Under the pieces are notes generated by a model. The model was not told where the DNA came from, searched no databases, and saw nothing but the letters and a program-made list of their open reading frames with translations. A program made the translations under genes and the position numbers. Shown here piece after piece: positions 1 to 5,040 of a stretch of 9,295 nt of DNA; position 1 is the stretch's first letter, and the number at the start of each line of letters is the position of its first letter. Origin of the DNA: Promethearchaeota archaeon (lineage in GTDB: Archaea; Asgardarchaeota; Odinarchaeia; Odinarchaeales; JBHLKK01); contig JBHLPL010000077.1 of NCBI GenBank assembly GCA_048939465.1, positions 1 through 9,295 of the forward strand. The letters are read 5' to 3'.

Positions 1-84
1 TAAGAGCAGAGAAGGCAAAGCACAGAAAGGCACAGACAGCAGAACCAGGGAGACCAGGCATACATATTGTGGTCTAATTACCAT
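1..84 (-). CDS. N-terminus of a probable secreted or membrane protein (runs off the left edge)
   Basis: Manual translation from ATG at 84 gives MVIRPQYVCLVSLVLLSVPFCALPSLLL with no stop to the edge: a basic residue followed by a long hydrophobic stretch, as in a signal peptide or signal anchor. An in-frame ATG at 138 and GTG at 141 are alternative starts. Not in the ORF track because it is truncated. Confidence 0.5.
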   Translation of the reverse strand, partial: MVIRPQYVCLVSLVLLSVPFCALPSLLL

Positions 85-214
85 CTTGTTACCTTGATAA
101 TAATCCCAGCAAAGGAAGCAACGAAAAGTCAGAGCCATCACATATCAAAAACTCCCTCAAGAAGATGTGGATAATTCCACGCATGTTGCGGAATCCTCAA
201 TCCGAGGGGCGGCG

Positions 215-233
215 ATAAACGATATATATAAAA
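215..233 (+). promoter_or_regulatory. Archaeal BRE/TATA promoter of the zinc-ribbon gene
   Basis: Purine-rich ATAAACGA followed by TATATATAAAA (223-233). A start site about 25 nt downstream would lie just before the RBS at 271-277. Confidence 0.55.
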
Positions 234-270
234 GAAAGCTTTCCAAAATATTAGATTGTCAAGTTAATTC

Positions 271-277
271 AGGAGGT
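271..277 (+). promoter_or_regulatory. Shine-Dalgarno site
   Basis: AGGAGGT, 11 nt upstream of ATG 289. Confidence 0.7.
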
Positions 278-288
278 CGTAACTTCCT

Positions 289-435
289 ATGGCTGAACGA
301 ACCAAGTGTCCGAGATGCGGAGGCTTTAATGTCACTAAAGAAGACGACAAGTCAGAGGCGATAGGATATGCAGGTCATATTCCCATATACAGCAAAAGAT
401 TCATCTGCCACGACTGCAGAAATGAATGGAAGTAA
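289..435 (+). CDS. Small zinc-ribbon protein, 48 aa (below the ORF track cutoff)
   Basis: Manual translation: MAERTKCPRCGGFNVTKEDDKSEAIGYAGHIPIYSKRFICHDCRNEWK*. CxxC-x29-CxxC with terminal EW. Has an RBS, TATA box and downstream T7 run. Confidence 0.85.
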   Translation: MAERTKCPRCGGFNVTKEDDKSEAIGYAGHIPIYSKRFICHDCRNEWK

Positions 436-444
436 CCACTCCAC

Positions 445-451
445 TTTTTTT
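445..451 (+). terminator. Oligo-T archaeal terminator
   Basis: TTTTTTT beginning 10 nt after the TAA at 433-435. Confidence 0.55.
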
Positions 452-539
452 GGTATAACTCAGGACTCTTGAAGAACTGGAAGGTTTAGAACTCCTCAGT
501 TCAGTCCACCCCCCCAGATTTCGCAACGAGTCTTGATAA

Positions 540-548
540 TTTTAATAA
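540..548 (+). promoter_or_regulatory. Putative TATA box for glmM
   Basis: TTTTAATAA ending about 30 nt upstream of ATG 578, consistent with a short-leader transcript. Confidence 0.4.
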
Positions 549-577
549 GTAACCACGAGGTTTACTTGTAGCGGTAG

Positions 578-1993
578 ATGGGCATGAAAAGACTCTTTGG
601 AACGTCAGGTGTCCGGGGTGTATACAACACCGAATTTACGCCCCTAATGGCTCTGAAGATGGGACTATCCTTGGGGACATATCTTAGTGGAAAGTCTGTT
701 GTTGTGGGGAGAGACGTAAGAACAACTGCTCGTTCAATTGAATGCGCAGTCACGTCGGGCTTGGTAAACACAGGGTGCAGAGTCCATAAAACGGGGGTTG
801 TTACTACGCCGACTCTTGCATACATGACGAAGTATCTTGATGCATCAGCAGGTATCATGATAACTGCCTCTCACAACCCGCCACCTGCAATTGGCTTGAA
901 ACTATGGAACCCTGATGGAATGGGGTTCACGTTAGAACAAGAGAAGGAAATCGAGAGGATATACTTCAAAGAAGCTTTTTCACCAAAACCATGGCATCTC
1001 TTAGGGAAAACTAAGAACACGGAGACTGCAAACTCTGTTCATATAGAGATGATAAAGAAGAACGTCAATCTCAAGACTATTAGAAAAAGAGGGTTCAGAC
1101 TGGTTGTTGACCCAGGATGTGGAGCAGCTTACAAGATCGCACCCAGATTATCGAGAGAACTAGACTGCAGAGTGACTAGTCTAAATGCCCAGGGAGATGG
1201 CTTTTTTCCAGGGAGAGATCCTGTACCGTCTGAGGAGAATCTAAAGGATCTATCTGCTCTGGTTAGTGCTACTTCTGCTGATCTGGGTGTAGCTTTTGAT
1301 GGAGATGCAGACCGCGTTGTCTTCACAGATGAGAAAGGAAAGGTCATAGAGGGCGATCGACTTCTAGCTGCCTTGGCCAAACGAGAGATCGAGAACGGCG
1401 GCAATGGAAAAACCGTCACTACTATAGAGGGCAGCATGGTAATTGAGGAAGTCATAAACCAATCTGGTGGCGAAGTCTTCCGAACACCTGTAGGTGATAT
1501 TCAAGTAGCAGTTAAGATCAAACAATGCGGAGGTATGCTTGGTGGGGAAGCTTGTGGAACATACATATGGCCTAAGGCTCACTACGCGCCTGATTCCTTG
1601 CTTACAGTGGGAAAGCTGCTTGAATTCCTTGCCGATGATGGGATCGAGATGAGTGAGTTCATTTCATCAATACCCAGATACCCCATTCTGCGCGAGAGGA
1701 TTGAATGTCCTGACAGGTGTAAACAAGTTTTGATGGATAGTTTAGAAAAAAAGCCAAGCATGTTGTTGGAGGAGATGTTTCAAGTACAGAAGGTCGACGG
1801 TTTGCGTTTGCTATCAAACGAAGGCTGGATTCTGATACGCCCTTCTGGAACCGAGCCATTCATACGCCTGACTGTTGAAGCCAAGAGCACTGATGTTGCC
1901 AAAAACTATCTAAAGGAATTGAGCGAGAGACTATCTGGGCTGATTGACAGGCTCAGAAGCAGTAGGAAGCGAGAATTACGTACTGGGAAATAG
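578..1993 (+). CDS. glmM: Phosphoglucosamine mutase / alpha-D-phosphohexomutase (archaeal GlmM/PMM type)
   Basis: Family motifs RLFGTSGVRG, GRDVR, phosphoserine loop ITASHNP, metal loop FDGDADR, sugar loop GGEACG, and C-terminal IRPSGTEPFIR. Substrate (GlcN-P versus Man/Glc-P) cannot be fixed from motifs alone. Confidence 0.9.
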   Translation: MGMKRLFGTSGVRGVYNTEFTPLMALKMGLSLGTYLSGKSVVVGRDVRTTARSIECAVTSGLVNTGCRVHKTGVVTTPTLAYMTKYLDASAGIMITASHNPPPAIGLKLWNPDGMGFTLEQEKEIERIYFKEAFSPKPWHLLGKTKNTETANSVHIEMIKKNVNLKTIRKRGFRLVVDPGCGAAYKIAPRLSRELDCRVTSLNAQGDGFFPGRDPVPSEENLKDLSALVSATSADLGVAFDGDADRVVFTDEKGKVIEGDRLLAALAKREIENGGNGKTVTTIEGSMVIEEVINQSGGEVFRTPVGDIQVAVKIKQCGGMLGGEACGTYIWPKAHYAPDSLLTVGKLLEFLADDGIEMSEFISSIPRYPILRERIECPDRCKQVLMDSLEKKPSMLLEEMFQVQKVDGLRLLSNEGWILIRPSGTEPFIRLTVEAKSTDVAKNYLKELSERLSGLIDRLRSSRKRELRTGK

Positions 1994-2368
1994 GTTAGCT
2001 ACCATTTTTGCATAATTCCTGAATACACTTACAGTATTGCCAAGGCTAGTCATTGACCTTCCGGCACCTATCAGAACTAGCTCTCCTGCTCCAGATAACA
2101 CTATATAGCCCTTTGCTCCCGTAACGATAACTTCCCATAAATCGCCAAATCCCATTCTGGATGAAGCGGTCTCCCCCACATGAAGCATGGCAGCCGAGAT
2201 CGCTGACATCAAATCTGGTTCAACGTCATAGCCAACGGTTTTAAATGCAAGTCGTTGCCCCTCACGCGTAACACAAGCCAAAGCCTCAAGCTCTGTTTTC
2301 ATTGCAATCTCACTAAGGTAGTTGGCCAGTTTCTTTGCTTTTTCTGGAGTGATTTTAACGGACGACAC
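1976..2368 (-). CDS. Roadblock/LC7 (MglB-like) domain protein, 130 aa
   Basis: Typical roadblock pattern: helix, ALACVTREGQRLAF strands, DLMSAISAAMLHVGETASSRMGFGDL helix, EVIVTGAKGYIVL-GAGELVL strands, C-terminal helix. GTG start 7 nt after AGGAGGA. The 3' end overlaps glmM convergently by 18 bp. Confidence 0.85.
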   Translation of the reverse strand: MSSVKITPEKAKKLANYLSEIAMKTELEALACVTREGQRLAFKTVGYDVEPDLMSAISAAMLHVGETASSRMGFGDLWEVIVTGAKGYIVLSGAGELVLIGAGRSMTSLGNTVSVFRNYAKMVANLFPST

Positions 2369-2375
2369 CCATAAA

Positions 2376-2382
2376 TCCTCCT
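2376..2382 (-). promoter_or_regulatory. Shine-Dalgarno site for the roadblock gene
   Basis: AGGAGGA on the minus strand, 7 nt from GTG 2368. The nearer ATG at 2372 is only 3 nt away and opens a 5-codon frame. Confidence 0.7.
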
Positions 2383-2419
2383 AACGGAATTATACGCCAG
2401 TTGCGACAGGTTCCGGTCT

Positions 2420-3316
2420 TTACTTTTTCTTTCCCTTTTTCTCTTTTGTTTCCTTTTTCTGCTTTTTCTCTTTACTAGGAACATCTATCTTAAAGAAATC
2501 GACTAAATCACTCAGGTGCAGCTTCATTTCTTCTCGCAGTGAACGAGGGGTAGCACCCTCGGCAGGAACTTCGATAGTTTTCCCTGTTTTAAGGAACTCC
2601 ACAGCTAAAACCCGACCCTTGTCCACAATTACTCTAGGTGTGTATCCCTCTGCAAAGAATATTCCCTCGGGCAGCTTAGCAGCTTTTTCAAGTTTTGTTT
2701 CGACTTTTTTTTCCCCCAGAAAAATAGTTCTGTATTCTGTGATTGCATACACTTCATTTCCAACAATGACCAATTCTCTTTCGTATCCGCGAGGAATCTC
2801 GATTTTCTCAAGTTTTGAGATCACCTCTGCTTCAAGTGGTGTAACGATTGATATGTCAGGGGAGGGCGTAGGAGATGGAGCGGGTGGAGTAATCTGGGTT
2901 CTTGGTGCTTCTGGTTTTCTAACGGGCTCAGGAGCAGGAGCAGCCGGCGTTGGAACAGATTTGGGAATTGCGACGGGTGCAACGGGAGGCTTGGGTTCAG
3001 CCGGAAGCGGAGGACGCTTGGCTTTCTTCGGTTTGACTCCTATTGAATTGAGAAACTCTTCTGATTCGTCACCTTCATCGATGCTCAAAGTCTTATAGGT
3101 CAGTCCTCTCTCTTGTCTTATTTGGTTGGCTACTCGGGCACTAATAAATTTCTGTCTGACAGGAGCGCCACTGCCTTTCCATATCCATACTTTCTTTGTG
3201 TCATCATCTATCAGAATAAGAACCTTATCGCTGGCCAAATGACTCTTAATGGGCTTATCCCCTTTTAGCTCGTCTAGGTCGCCAGAATCTGATACACCAT
3301 AGACTATCATAGCCAT
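2420..3316 (-). CDS. Single-domain gelsolin-like protein with Pro-rich linker, additional C-terminal domain and polybasic tail (1DGelX-like architecture), 298 aa
   Basis: The N-terminal ~93 aa match the gelsolin repeat pattern (LASDKVLILIDD..KKVWIWKGSGA..RQKFISARVANQI....IDEGDESEEFL). Start moved from the track's TTG 3385 to ATG 3316 because AGGAGA lies 8 nt upstream and a TATA box falls inside the longer ORF. Confidence 0.8.
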   Translation of the reverse strand: MAMIVYGVSDSGDLDELKGDKPIKSHLASDKVLILIDDDTKKVWIWKGSGAPVRQKFISARVANQIRQERGLTYKTLSIDEGDESEEFLNSIGVKPKKAKRPPLPAEPKPPVAPVAIPKSVPTPAAPAPEPVRKPEAPRTQITPPAPSPTPSPDISIVTPLEAEVISKLEKIEIPRGYERELVIVGNEVYAITEYRTIFLGEKKVETKLEKAAKLPEGIFFAEGYTPRVIVDKGRVLAVEFLKTGKTIEVPAEGATPRSLREEMKLHLSDLVDFFKIDVPSKEKKQKKETKEKKGKKK

Positions 3317-3324
3317 TACATCTC

Positions 3325-3330
3325 TCTCCT
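3325..3330 (-). promoter_or_regulatory. Shine-Dalgarno site for the gelsolin-like gene
   Basis: AGGAGA, 8 nt upstream of ATG 3316. Confidence 0.6.
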
Positions 3331-3363
3331 GCGTTTTGGTTTCAATCTTTATTATTATTTTCC

Positions 3364-3380
3364 TATAATTTAACTTTTCC
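3364..3380 (-). promoter_or_regulatory. BRE/TATA promoter for the gelsolin-like and roadblock genes
   Basis: Minus strand GGAAAAG-TTAAATTATA. The predicted start site near 3340 lies just upstream of the RBS. Confidence 0.55.
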
Positions 3381-3454
3381 TTCAACCATTATTAACTGCA
3401 ACAGTCTTGAAACAAAATCCTCCAACCATCGCAAGGGTTCACTTCAGGGGAAAT

Positions 3455-4975
3455 CTATCGTAAGCAATCCTCTATAGCCTTGGGCAGCATTTCTATAATA
3501 TCAGTGGCAACAACGTGATATCCCAGCTTATCCACAACCAAGTCGCCAGATCGACCATTAATGAATGCGGCCGAAACTGCGGCTCTAAATGGATCAGAAC
3601 CTTGCGAAAGAAATGTCGCCACAATGCCACTGAGGACATCACCTGTGCCTCCCACTGTCATGCCAGGATTTCCGGTAACGTTAATCTTGTAAGATTCTCC
3701 ATTTGAAATAATGTCTTCATGTCCTTTGAGAAGTAAAACTACGCCGAGTTCTCTTGCTGTCTTCATTACTTTGTTGATTCTACTCTGAAGATTGTCAGAT
3801 GAAGGCAGGACTTCGCCGGTTAATTTATTATATTCGCCGGCGTGCGGCGTTAAGACAGCAGGTACCCCTTTCAAGATTGTTTTCTCCTTCGCCATTGCCT
3901 TCAGGGCATCTGCATCAATTAGTGCTGGTTTGCCCAACTTCTTGATAGTATCCAAGATTTTAAGTACAGCATCCATTGTTTGTGACTCAACACCTAAACC
4001 AGGGCCGATGGCTACACAGGATGCCCAATCGATTAATCCTTTCAACAATGGGAGCGCATTCTCAGTAAGAACATCCCCAGGTAAGCTGCGGACAATTAGG
4101 TTCGGAGAGAAGCTCCTTACTGCATCGACGACGCTGTTCGGAGTGGCGACAATTACCAGGTCCGCCCCAGTTCTGAGGGCAGCGGAAGCTACAAATGTAG
4201 GGGCTCCGTGATAGTAGCTGCCTCCCCCAATGACCAGGATCTTCCCAAACTCGCCTTTTCTTGCATACGGGCTGCGTTTTCTTACAGTCGCTCCCACATC
4301 TCCAGGTCCTGCAACGATTTCTGCTTCTGGTGGAATCCCGATTCCAGCCACCGTGAGTTCGCCAACATATTGACCTGCTTTCAATAGTCCAGATTTGACC
4401 TTGTGGAATGTTATCGTCATATCTGCTTTAACTGCTCGATCAGATACCTCTCCATTAGATGCGTCTACTCCTGTCGGCGCATCAACAGCTACCTTAAACC
4501 CAGTGGAAGAATTGATCATGTCAACGGCCGTGGCAATGGGATCCTTAAGCTTCCCTGAAAATCCAGTTCCGAGAATAGCATCTACGACTATCTCTGCGTT
4601 CGCCACCAGTCTCTCGACTTCGGGGCCTTCTGAAGAATCTCCCAGAATCACCTTATTTACGGTTAGCTGCATTTTATCTAGGATTGCCCAGTTCCTCCGG
4701 GCTTCAGGAGTGCGAATCCTGTCAGGATGGCCCACCAGAACAAGCCATACTGTGGCTCCTAGCCCGGCCAGATGCCTAGCTGCAACGAATCCATCTCCGC
4801 CATTGTTTCCTGGGCCAGTGAAGATTACGACCTTTTTACCTTTGACCTTCCTGGAGCGATTAATGGCATCCGCCACACCTCGTCCCGCATTCTCCATTAG
4901 GACACGAGGTGAGACTCCCAAATAGCTGGAGTTCTTGTCAATAATTCTCATCTCTTCAACAGTAATAGTATCCAA
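3455..4975 (-). CDS. nnr: Bifunctional NAD(P)H-hydrate epimerase / ADP-dependent NAD(P)H-hydrate dehydratase
   Basis: YjeF_N motifs GPGNNGGDG, DAILGTG and AVDAPTG. Ribokinase-like C-domain motifs IGPGLG, IDADAL, VLTPHAGE, LLKG and GNPGMTVGGTGDVLSG. TTG start preceded by GGGGGG. Confidence 0.95.
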   Translation of the reverse strand: MDTITVEEMRIIDKNSSYLGVSPRVLMENAGRGVADAINRSRKVKGKKVVIFTGPGNNGGDGFVAARHLAGLGATVWLVLVGHPDRIRTPEARRNWAILDKMQLTVNKVILGDSSEGPEVERLVANAEIVVDAILGTGFSGKLKDPIATAVDMINSSTGFKVAVDAPTGVDASNGEVSDRAVKADMTITFHKVKSGLLKAGQYVGELTVAGIGIPPEAEIVAGPGDVGATVRKRSPYARKGEFGKILVIGGGSYYHGAPTFVASAALRTGADLVIVATPNSVVDAVRSFSPNLIVRSLPGDVLTENALPLLKGLIDWASCVAIGPGLGVESQTMDAVLKILDTIKKLGKPALIDADALKAMAKEKTILKGVPAVLTPHAGEYNKLTGEVLPSSDNLQSRINKVMKTARELGVVLLLKGHEDIISNGESYKINVTGNPGMTVGGTGDVLSGIVATFLSQGSDPFRAAVSAAFINGRSGDLVVDKLGYHVVATDIIEMLPKAIEDCLR

Positions 4976-5040
4976 ACTATTGTCCCCCCACGATTGCCAG
5001 AGTAGAGTATCTGAAACTTCTTGGGTTTTAAGATTATCCG

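Noticed and set aside
167-364. 65-aa ORF from the track
   Set aside because: No recognisable motif or RBS. It runs through the TATA box and overlaps the better-supported zinc-ribbon gene in another frame.
853-900. Variant GlmM loop ASHNPPPAIG (usual xxNG absent) and GEACG sugar loop
   Set aside because: The catalytic Ser, His and the DGDxDR metal loop are intact. The variation looks within the range of archaeal phosphohexomutases.
562-1859. Antisense ORFs 562-858, 1129-1455, 1364-1582 and 1659-1859
   Set aside because: Shadow frames of glmM with no motifs.
2369-2422. Possible stop-codon readthrough fusing gelsolin-X to roadblock (same reading frame)
   Set aside because: The 17-codon gap contains two further in-frame stops (TAA and TAG), and the roadblock gene has its own RBS.
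2420-2476. Pyrimidine-rich low-complexity tract as a DNA repeat or terminator
   Set aside because: Fully explained as the antisense of Lys/Glu codons of the polybasic tail.
2299-2484. 61-aa highly basic ORF or programmed frameshift in the A-rich tail
   Set aside because: It is a by-product of the Lys-codon run in another frame. There is no canonical X XXY YYZ slippery heptamer, as the runs reach only five A.
3317-3385. N-terminal 23-aa extension of the gelsolin-like ORF from TTG 3385
   Set aside because: It spans the predicted TATA box and RBS. ATG 3316 has a well-spaced AGGAGA and begins at the domain boundary.
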